DNA from: Octopus sinensis
Lineage: Eukaryota
Reading direction: 5' to 3'
Length of the DNA: 64,000 nucleotides
Assembly: GCF_006345805.1 (NCBI RefSeq)
Contig: NC_043014.1
Span: 54,746,001 to 54,810,000, forward strand
The position numbers and the translations under genes were made by a program. The notes beneath the pieces were generated by a model. That model searched no databases. It had not been told where the DNA came from and saw nothing but the letters and a program-made list of their open reading frames with translations. Position 1 is the first letter of the stretch, and each line of letters starts with the position of its first letter. Shown here piece by piece: positions 41,392 to 53,300 of the stretch.

Positions 41392-44300
41392 CCTCTCCCT
41401 CTCTCCCTCTCTCTCTCTCTCTCATATTAAGGCAGCAAGCTGGCAGAATCGTTAGCATGCCGGGCAAAATGTTTTGCAGCATTTCTTCGGCCTTTATGGC
41501 CTGAGTTCAAATTCTGCTGAGGTCAACTTTGCCTTTAATCCTTTCGGGGTCGATAAAAGAAGTACCAGTGGAACATTGGGTAGAGAGTATTATTATTTAT
41601 TGATTGATTGATTGAGCTGGGTCCAAGTGTTCAAGTTGCTCTCAGACAGAATCAGCAAGACTCGGTTTAGAACAAGTAGAATTCACTTGACAAGCTGCTC
41701 TACAGTTTCTATCTATTCAGTCTCACTTCAAGGTATTGGTCAATAGAAAATGACATTTGCCCCCCAAGATGCTCTGCAATAAGACTGAATGCAGGACCTT
41801 GTGATTGCAAAGTGAACCTGTTGACCATTTGGCCATACTGTGGCAACCATTCCTGCCTCTGACTTTGGTATGGTTGTTCTATTGAGGGGATGTTTTGTTC
41901 TTTGGTCAGAATTTAAACTTTGGCTGTATTCACATAGAACTTACGTCTCCCAGATTTTAAAAAAAAATGCAACATGAATAGGCGCAGGAGTGGCTGTGTG
42001 GTAAGTAGCTTGCTAACCAACCACATGGTTCCGAGTTCAGTCCCACTGCGTAGCATCTTGGGCAAGTGTCTTCTGCTATAGCCCCGGGCTGACCAATGCC
42101 TTGTGAGTGGATTTGGTAGATGGAAACTGAAAGAAGCCTGTCGTATATATGTATATATATATATATAAGTGTGTGTGTCTGTGTTTGTCCCCCTAGCATT
42201 GCTTGACAACCGATGCTGGTGTGTTTACGTCCCCGTCACTTAACGGTTCAGCAAAAGAGACCGATAGAATAAGTACTGGGCTTACAAAGAATAAGTCCCG
42301 GGGTCGAGTTGCTCGACTAGAGGTGGTGCTCCAGCATGGCCGCAGTCAAATGACTGAAACAAGTAAAAAAGAAAAAAATTTTTAAATGAATGTTATCAGT
42401 CAGTAATATTACCATGTAGCCTTTTTTGCTTTGAAGGGAGAACAAACTTGGATTTGCTTCAACCATCCAATGGCTGTCAACCACCAACACATTTGTCCTT
42501 TCAGAGTTGAATTAAATAAATACCAATCAAATATTGGCTTCAATATAATCAACTACTCCTCCCACAAAATCCCAGCCATTGTCCCTGGATTAGAAAAGGG
42601 TTATTAAACGAAAATGAGTTGAAACCCTGCTAGGGTCAGCTTCACCTTCCATCGCTTTGAGGTGAATAAAATCAAAAACTGGGTTTCATTGGATCTTTAG
42701 TCACCCCATATCTTTACATTCCAAGTTCGAATCCTACAAAGGTCAGTGTTGTCTGTCAGCCCTTTGGGATCAATAAATTAAAGTACCTGTCAAGTACAGG
42801 TGTCAGCCCGCTCAAATTGCTGGCCTTGTGCCGAAATCAGAAACCATTATTAGCACTTTGACATTTAACCCTTTAATGTTCAGATTACTCTGTTAAATAT
42901 AATACTTTTTCACTCAAATTGTTTTGAATTAATCATGCATTATCTTGTAGCTTTGAGGTTTCAGTGATGTGATTGTTTATTTTTAGCATGACATTGTAGG
43001 TTAGGTGTGAGAGGCTAGAAATGGCCAGTTTGAATATAAAACTTTTAGAATATTTGGGCCGGATATGGCCAGTTTAAACACTAAAGGGTTAAGCCAAGTA
43101 TACCCAGCAAAAATATTTTGTCTGTTTTATGTTCAAACCAGCAGAATTCGGCCCCTCACACCAACCTACAATGTTACGTCATCAAAATTTCAAAAACTGG
43201 GAGATAATCCATGTTTAATTAAAAACAATGTGAATTAAGCACAATACATTTGATAGGGTAATCTGAAGGCTAAAAGGGTTAAGAGGAAATTTGCTTTGAT
43301 TTTCATTTCAGGTTATGTCAGCTTCTGAGAAAGAAACCCTTTCAGATCTGAAGAAATGTGATTTCAGAGACATGCATGCTTTCTTCACTGAACAGTCAGA
43401 GGAGAGGAAAAACAGAACTAAAGAAGAAAAGCTGGTAAGAGGACTTTTCAGATTTTCAGCTTAATTTCATTAAAGACTAATTAAAACTGGAGTGTGATGT
43501 AAGCCCGTTTAGTAAATCTGGTGCAATGCACCTGTTTGTTAGCTTCAGTCGGTATTTTCTTGCTTGGAAGGAAAGTCTAAATAGTAATTTGGCAAGGCCG
43601 GCTGTCTTTCCTTCTATCGTGAGGATCGTTATCATTTTCCATGCTGGGTGGCACGTAAAAAGCACCAACCGATCGTGGTCATTGACAGCCTCCCCTGGCA
43701 CCTGTGCCGGTGGCATGTAAAAAGCACCCACTACACTCATGGAGTGGTTGGTGTTAGGAAGGGCATCCAGCTGTAGAAACACTGCCAGATCAGACTGGGC
43801 CTGGTGCACCCACCTGGCTTCCCAGATCCCCGGTCGAACCGTCCAACCCATGCCAGCACGGAAAACAGACTTTAAATGATGATGATGATGACATGTCAGT
43901 TCCAGCCGCAGCTCATCATTTCTTTTACGGCTGTCATCCTGACATCAAACCTCACCATTTCTTCCTGTACCTTCTTTGCTCTTTCTCTTCCGTCATTTGA
44001 CACCTTTTATGCATCCATTCGTCATCTTTCATAGACATCATCTGTGCACACCTGTGCACTTTACATCTAGTGTATTTCATGTCATCGTCATTTTAACATC
44101 TACTTTCTCATGCTTATATGAGGCAGACGAGAAGAAGCTGGGATAGAATTTTCTACAGCTGGATGCCTGTCCCGTCGCCAACCGCCTCTTGTTTCCAAAT
44201 CATGCAATAATCTCCCAATCGAACAGCAGACAGCCTGCACAGGCTTTATGCAAAGAGTTGGAGACAAACGAGGGAGAATTTTCTTTACAAAATCCACACA

Positions 44301-47300
44301 TTTGTCAGGACAGGTGAGAAAACCTGAGAATGCTTTTGCAGGGAATTGGAAGCGGTCAGCGCTGCCAGTGAGGCCATTGTTTACAACCAATAAACACATG
44401 GGAAGACAAGGGAACCACATCATTACACAGACATACTTAATATGATAGAGTGTGCATTGAGAGATTCAGCTGTTATTTCTAGCAAGTCAGACCACCATAT
44501 AAAGGCACTCTCGTTCTCTTTTAATCCTTTTAGTGTTTCTGATCTTCACCAGACGGGTTGGCTGATGGCTTCAAACCGAAATTTGGAGGTGTTTAATTAA
44601 TGTTGTTGTGTCCCAGCAGCTGAGGGTGTGGTCACCCCTTTTTCCTTTCTTTCTGTTGCTTTTTTCAGGCATTGAAGAAGAAGAATGAGCAGATTCTAGC
44701 TGAGTACGGCTATTGTATTATGGATGGACACAAGGAGAAAATCGGTAACTTTCGGATTGAACCACCGGGTCTCTTCCGGGGTCGAGGAGACCATCCAAAG
44801 CAGGGAATGTTGAAGAGGAGGACCATGCCTGAGGATGTGATAATTAATTGTAGCAAGTGAGTTCATTCATGTAGTTTGTTGTTGTCGTTGTTGTTGTTGG
44901 TGGTGGTGGTGGTATTAGCAGGTCAGCTAATTAAGGCAGCGAGCTGGCAGAATCGTTAGCACGCCGGACGAAATGCTTAGCGGTATTTCGTCTGCCGCTA
45001 CGATCTGGGTTCAAATTCCGCTGAGGTCGACTTTGCCTTTCACCCTTTCGGGGTTGATAAAATAAGTACCAGTTACATACTGGGGTCGATGTAATCGACT
45101 TAATACCTATGTCTGTCCTTGTTTGTCCCCTCTGTGTTTAGCCCCTTGTGGGTAATAAAGAAACAGGTATTAGCAGGTCAGCCCCGATCAAACAGACCTA
45201 TGACAGGTGCAGGTCTTGTAGGCACGTGGTTGAGATTAAGTTCATTTTACAACTCCTTGGTCTGGGGGTGCAGTCCAGGTGAAGCCCCTGGACCAGGTGC
45301 CTTCCAAATGGGGTACAAGATACTCACGAGGGAAATTTGACTTAACCCTTAATCGTTCGGATTATTATTGATTCCTATTGCTTTGAATCATTTAGGCATT
45401 ATCTCATAGCTTTGAGATTTCAATGATGTGATTCTTTATTTTTCAGAATGACATTGTAGGGTAGGTGCAAGAGGCTGGATCTATTAAGTTTGCATGTGAA
45501 ACAGAAAATTTTAGGCCAGATTTGGCAGTATTAAATGCTAAAGGGTTAATCTATTCTCCAGATTCACACCACCCCCTTGTTGTTGGCTGCGTTTGGTTAA
45601 TTAACAGACAACAAGTCCTCTGTTATTTTGTAAAGTCTGGTTCTCAGCAGCGAAGAGGCATTGTAGAATTCGAATACCAGCTGTATGGGTCATACCAGGT
45701 TGTCTAACTTGACTGATTGCCTGTTTGCCTTCTGACTGCACAATCAGGGCTGACCTGATGATATAATTGCATAAGTAAAGATACTTAGAGCTGTTTCTTA
45801 CTATATAAAATGGTGTAGAACCAGCTGGAACCCATTGCTAAATTAGCAATTAGAGTTGTGCAATTAGCAACCACATTGGTAGAATCATTAAAATGTTTTG
45901 CATATTGAGAGGCGTCTTTCTCCTGTTTTGAGTTCAAGTCCCACGAGACTAATTCCAAGTTTGTGCACTTAATGATTTTTGTTATAAATGTTAATAATTA
46001 TTCACATTATTATTAAATATAAACGTCCTTTTGTTTCAGAGATTCTAATGTTCCTCAGCCTCCAGCTGGCCACAAATGGAAGAAGGTCCAAGCTGACAAT
46101 AAGGTGGGTTTAATTGTTATTCATCATCATCATCATCGTCTTTATTTAACACTAAATGAGGAGCACTTCTGGGATTAAGAATCCCTGGTGCCACATAAAA
46201 AGCAGCCGGTCCACTCTGTAAAGTCATTCGTATTATAGAAACAATATCATTGACTTCACTTTGAAACATAATACCTCAGAATGGCTGCCATCCAATGACT
46301 GGAACCTGTTAGAAGAAATAAACAATCTTTTTCTTTTCTTTTTTTTTTCCCCCTTCTAAACTATGAGAAATGTTTCAAGAAAAACCAAGACATTGATGCC
46401 AACTGTTTCGATAGTAATAATGATGATGTTGTTGTTGTTGTTGTTTGTGCAGGTCAGTTGGTTAGCATGTTGGTCAGAGAATATTCAGGGCCAAACCAAA
46501 TACGTCATGTTGAATGCAGCATCACGCTTAAAAGGCGAGAAAGATTGGCAAAAGTACGAAGTGGCCCGGCGCTTATACAAACACGTGGACAAGATCCGTG
46601 CAACATACCGAGAGGACTGGAAATCAAAAGAGATGCGAATTCGGCAGAGAGCTGTTGCCTTATACTTCATTGATAAGGTCAGTGGTGGTGGTCACCATGT
46701 GGAGGCACCTTTTTGAAAAAAAAAAATAATAATAATAATAATAATAATAATCTAACTTATGCATGTTTGTTATAAGATTTAACCTTGTTTTGTTATAGTT
46801 TTTAATTATTTATTTGATTACGTGTTCATAATTTCTTAATGAAATACATTCCTGTGTGTTTCAATTAATTTTTTAAATAATCAACAATTTCGAAATCCAG
46901 TCATATCAGCCCAAATACCTTTTCGATCTACTGCTTATTATATCAAGTAAGCTAATTAAACCGCAATAACAACTGTAGCCAAGCATTTGTGAATATGAGT
47001 CGTGTTGTCTTTTCTGTTTGCAGCTTGCTTTGAGGGCAGGTAACGAGAAAGAGGAAGGGGAAACTGCTGACACGGTGGGTTGTTGCTCTCTGCGCGTGGA
47101 ACACATTAAGCTGCATCCGGAGATCGACAACAAGGAATTTGTGGTGGAGTTTGATTTTCTCGGTAAAGATTCCATCCGTTACCAGAACAAAGTGCCTGTG
47201 GAGAAGCGTGTTTTCAAGAACCTGCAACTGTTTATGGAGAACAAGCAGCCGGGTGACGACTTGTTCGACAGATTAAATGTAAGGCTTGCAATTTCTCTCC

Positions 47301-50300
47301 TACTACCTCTCTCCTCTCTCCTCTCTCTCTCTCTCCCCCCCTCTCACTCACACTTACACTTTCTGTCTTTTTTTTTTTTCGTATCATCATCATCATCATT
47401 GTTCGACCGTGGTCGAGACAATGGAATTTACTATGTTACGCCAGACTTCACGGTCCATTATGGCATTACGGAGGTCCTGTTGCTGGATGCCTGTATCCTT
47501 GGAGATTACATCAGGATAGGAGAGTGTGCGCCCTCTGGTATTGCGAGTAGATGGCTTCCAGAGGAGAAGAGTAGAAATTACTTCTTTTTCAGCTCTACAA
47601 CAATGTCCAGCAAACTGGACTCTCCTACCTTTTTTTGTATACTTTCTCTGCATTTTCTTCTCTTTCAAACCTCCTTTTTTCTTCTCTTACCGTAATGTTG
47701 ATTGAACTCTTGTGTGTCTGCCTACAAAAGCACATAAGACCCTGTTGCTCCGCCTCAAACGTGGGTTTCTCTAACATTTTGCCTTCTTTCTTCTGCTGCT
47801 TTGCCTCTTCCTCAGACGGCCACTTTGAACAAACATTTACACGATTTGATGGAAGGCCTGACTGCCAAAGTCTTCAGGACGTTCAATGCCTCCAAGACGC
47901 TGCAAGAGCAGCTCGATCTCCTGACTAACCGTGAGTATCAACTTGGTGCCTGTTGCAGTCCCCGGGAGTAGTATGTGGAGGGCACGGGTGGATTGTCTCG
48001 AGTTAGGTTAGAATGTTGATGATGTGGCAGTGATGGTAGTTGATCCAGGTCAGCTCTGATTCTGCAGACCTAATGACCAAAGCCATTTCATTGATGACCA
48101 GACCCTGCTTTCACTTTATAATGGTCGGGTGTGGTCTGAGCGATCTGAAGATCTGAAGGTCTCTTTTCTGTCAATAGATAAATATGTGAAGTAGGGGGAG
48201 GGGGCAGTGTTCCCTTTAACTTTTTGCTGTGGATGGGTACTCTCTCTCTTTTACTTGTTTCAGTCATTTGACTGCGGCCATGCTGGAGCACTGCCTTTAA
48301 TCGAGCAACTCGACCCCGGCACTTATTCTTTTGTAAGCCCAGTACTTATTCTATCAGTCTCTTTTGCTGAACCGCTAAGTAACGAGGACGTAAACAGACC
48401 AGCATCGGTTGTCAAGCAATGCTAGGGGGACAAACACAGACACACAAACATACACGCACACACATATATATATACATATATACGACGGGCTTCTTTCAGT
48501 TTCCGTCTACCAAATCCACTCACAAGGCTTTGGTCGGCTCGGGGCTATAGCAGAAGACACTTACCCAAGGTGCCACGCAGTGGGACTGAACCCGGAACCA
48601 TGTGGTTGGTTAGCAAGCTACTTACCACACAGCCACTCCTGCGCCTACATGAATTTGTTTATATGATTTTTTTTTTTTTGGTTACAAAGTCTATATACAC
48701 AGCTCTGCAAGTATATACACAACCATCGGTTGTGGCTTTGGTATGTGTTGAGAAGATTAAGAATGTGTACGATGACCGACTGGCGTGGTGTTTTGCTTAG
48801 AAATGTAGAGATTTTATTCTTTGTATATAGAATGACATCCCTGGGACCTCTGACTTGGAATGACCCCCACCCCCATCAAGCAAGAACTTGAAGTCAAGCA
48901 AACATAGGGGATCGACTTTGTGGCTTTAGTTAATTAATCATTATTTTGTTGGTGTCTTTTATTTCCTTTTTTTTCTTTTGTTTATTTCTTACCCCCAAAA
49001 AATCCAGTTATAGTAATTAATTGCAAAGCCCTAAGAGAGAGCTGGGAGATGAACCCAAACCTTACAGGATTTGAAACAAGGAACAAAACAACCATTATTT
49101 ACCTCTGTTTCTCTGTACAAAGTATATAAACCCAAAGAAACTGGAAGTAGCTCTAGGGAACTGGTATTGTTCAGCTTGTCCCTCATTATGAGGGGACAGA
49201 TTTTAGTGATGGGTTGGTGAGTTAGAACAGATTAGGGGCTGAGTCAGATTTGAGTGAATCCCTTGTTATTTGTCTATAAGCTTCTCTGCTCATTTGATGT
49301 GTTTTCAATTTGCAGCGGAGGAGTCAGTCACAGCCAAACTCTTGTCCTACAACCGTGCCAACCGAGCCGTGGCAGTTTTATGTAACCATCAGCGGTCAGT
49401 GCCTAAAAACTTCAGCAAACAGATGGAGAACTTGCAGAATAAGGTTTGTGATTTTTTATTGTTTTCTTGCCACAGAAACATAGACAAATGTTTTAACCCT
49501 TTCGTTACCATATTTCTGTTGAGATGCTCTGTGCTTCTTTCAGTTACTTTAAATATAAGAAAGAATTTAGTAAAATAACTTAGTTATCATTAAGCTAGTG
49601 TTAGGAACATAAATTGTGACTAAGGTTTGGTGGAAGATTTTAATTCAAAACTTATGAAAACAAGACATTTGTATTACAGAGCCAGAGCCGGTTTCAGCCG
49701 GGTTGGTATCAAAAGGGTTAATTTTCAGATTTTGTTTCACATAGTTGTTTGACTTGTTAGAAATAGCAGCCAAATCTTGTGCAAATTGAAGGCACATTTG
49801 ACTGACTGTCTTTAAACCTTTCGTTACCATATTTATTTTGAGATGCTCTGTGTTTCTTTTAATTACTTTAAATATAACAAAGAATTTAGTATTCAGTTAG
49901 TGTTAGGAACATAAATTGTGATTAAAGTTTGGTGGAAGATTTTGATTAAAAACTTATGAAAACAAGACATTTGCACTGCAGAGTCAGAGCCAGTTTTAGC
50001 CAGGTTGGAAACGAAAGAGTTAAAGTATAAAAAAAAAATGTGTGCATATAAGCAAAAAAGGAAAACAAGAATGTTAACTCTTTAGCATTTCAGCTGGTCA
50101 GATCTGGTCCCTCACACCAACCCTGAAATATCATTCTATTGAAATTAACAGTTGCCTCGTGAAAACCTCAAAGCTACAAGATAATGCACAATTAATTGAA
50201 AACAGTGTAATTAAATAAAATAATAATGAAATTATTGTATACAGTGCTCAGGTGCACCACAACTTGTCAGAGTATATGCAGTAATGTACAAATGTCTGGA

Positions 50301-53300
50301 AAGCGAACAATGCACGAGTCAGATACATGCCAAAATCAAGTGTAGTGTTGGTGAATCTCAGAAAGCATGGAAGTTTTGAAGGATGCAGTGCTCCGACAAC
50401 TAACAACTGATGCCGGCAGTTTGTTCCATGCTTCCATTATAATTGAGAGAGTAATCTGAATGCTGAAGGGCTGAATAGAGACATTGACAGTGAGTCGAGG
50501 TAAACTTAGGTCACATCTCTCTGCTTGACGCCTTCTTTTTGACCTGAACTAAACAAGAATTAAATGACAACAACCAACAACAGTGGCCGACTTGAGGCAG
50601 AGCACATGTGTCACATTGTAAGCTGTGTAGATAACGTCACTGGAATTAAGTTGAATGACAGAAAAGATGCAGAAATATGAAGATAACATGAATCATTCCT
50701 GTGAAATAAGTAATACACACACAGACAGACATTTTATTTATGTCAGAAATATATTGTTTATATCAGAGAGAAAAATGACCTTCTGGTTATGGATGACCAG
50801 TGTTAGCTTCCCATCTGGAAAGGAGATTGTGTGTCCTTTTGCTCGGAGTTTTGCTGTGTTTAAAGGAATAACAAAAGCTGACAGATCATCATCATCGTTT
50901 AGCATCTGCTTTCCATGCTGGCATGGGTTGGACGGTGTGACTGAGGACTGGCAAGCCAAGAGGCTGCTCCAATCTGAGCTGGCAAGGTTTCTACAGCTGG
51001 ATGCCCTTCCTAACGCCAACAACTCTGAGAGTGTAGTGGGTGCTTTTTATGTGCCTCTTGTATGGGAGCCAGTCAGGCAGCCCTGGCATCAACCACACTT
51101 GAATGGTGCTTTTTACGTGTCACTGGCACGGGTGCCCATCAGACGGCACTGGCATCTACTATGATTTCGCTTGACCCAACAGGTCTTCTCAAGCACAGCA
51201 TGTCTCCAAGATTGTAATAAATCTAGAACAGACATAAATTGTTGTCGTGTCTCTCACGCTTTCTGCAGTGCATTGATGTCTCTACAACAAAAGCTTTCCC
51301 GATTAAGCTTGAGTTCTCCCTTCAAATGAAGCTGTGAGGGTTACTTTGGTCTGACTTTCTCATTGTGTTTTCTTTGCAAAGATATTGGAGTGGTTTGCTA
51401 TTGCCCTTCCTAAATGGGTGGCTGTTGGCCCACTAGGAGCTCATCCAACCTTCAACTGGTCTTGTTTTTAGGTCTGACACCCTCCTTACAAGAGCAACAA
51501 ACTACCAAGTGTGGTGGTGGTGGTGGTGGGCGCCAGTTTGGTTGCTGACCACTCGGCCATAGAACAAGTAGCATTGGTTTACATGGTTCCAGTAGCAGGT
51601 CTCATTGGCCTGTGATGAGATCCCTGACCTGATTCAATAGTTACAACTCCCTCTGCTAAAAAAGGTGGTGGGGGAGGCTCAGAACTTCCAGAATGTGCCT
51701 CATAGTCCCACAAGTACCATTTTTTTCTCAGTCCCTTCATCCCTGCTCCCTGTAACTCTTCCTCTTTCTCCTCACACTTATTAGTTGCTTACTAATACTC
51801 TGAGTAATTTCACTAATTTTGTTATTTTTCAGATAAAAGCAAAGATGGATGTAATTAAAGAGGGTAAGAAGCAGGTGAAAGATGCCAAAAGTGACTACAA
51901 GAATCTCAAAACAGAGAAGGCTAAAAGGTGAGCTCAGTTTTTCTGCCCTTTTCCGCAGCCCATCTGGGGTCCACTGGGTAGCAAGGCGTCTTCACTTTCC
52001 CTGTATTGTCATCACACATTCACTTTTCGCAGCCCTTCTTTTGTGTTAAATCTGTATTGAAAGGTTCTGGACATTGAAATGTTTGTGTTTGATTTCTGTG
52101 AGCAAGTGGGGTTTTTTTTGTGAAGCTGAAAATCTGTTCTTGTTGTGAAGCTGTTGCCTACATTTTCTAATGGCATCATGACCAAGCTGGAGCAAATAAA
52201 TTAATGTCTTATTTTGCTTTTGTTGTCCGTCCAGTCAGTGTTTAGATCAGTGGTTCTCGACCTTGGATCTCGGGGCCACATGTGGCTCTTGACAATAAAT
52301 ATAATAATAAGTTATCATTTAATGTCCATTGTCCATGCTGGCATGGGTTGGATGGTTTGACCAGGCTGGTAAGCTGGAAGGCTGTACCAGACTCCAGTCT
52401 GGTTTGGCATCGTCTCTATGGTTGGATGCCCTTCCTAATGCCAACCACTCCAAGAGTGCAATGGGTGCTTTTACGTGCCACCCAACACAGGTGCCAGTTT
52501 GCGTGACACCAGTATGGCATCTGTTTAACTTTGTGTGGTGCAACCCACTAAAAAAGATCCAGGTTTTGAATCTGGCAAAGGACATTAAGAAGGCGAAGAA
52601 CTGCTTGTTTAGAGGTGTATGAAGTGCAAGTAATTAACAGGTACAATAGAAACAAACGAGAGTTACCTGGGTTTTTGTTTGTTTTTTTTTCCTTACTTGT
52701 TCCATGTTGTCTCGGCTGTAAACCCTTGTTCCTATTCATCATCATCATCGTTTACCACCTGCCTCCCACACTGGCACAGATGTCTAAATAGAAAGATGGT
52801 TGCATGTTGCGAGGGTGCTGGGAATGAAAGATTCCTCGTGAACATGTCATAAGTCTGAATACAAAAGTTCCAGTAGAAGAATGGGGCTCGTGGGGTCGGA
52901 GCGTAAGCCATCTCTCTGCTTCATCTCATGTCTGTATTTCATCCTTGTTGTATCTCATTCGATTTCATTATATTTTGTAAAATTTTAAAAGTCATATAAT
53001 CATTGTGTGTCTGACCCCAATCAGGCTGTATTGTCCCCCTCTATGTTTGGGCCCTTGTGGCTAATAAAGAAATTGGATGTCTAAATAGAAGTAATTTTTA
53101 TTAACTCCCCATTTCCTCAGTTCTTTGTTTGTTTGTCTCATATCTAATCCATCTTTTCTGGTCCCTAATTCTCTGCCCTTTATTTTGCAGCTTATATGAG
53201 AAAAAGAAAAAGCAACTGGAGCGCTTGCAAGAGCAGCTCTGTAAACTAGAGGTGCAAGCTACAGATAAGGTAAGTTTGGCATTCATTGTATGTGGCCCCT

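Noticed and set aside
43930-44090. Degraded RTE-like C-terminal fragment on the minus strand
   Set aside because: Similarity is too weak and interrupted by stops to call.
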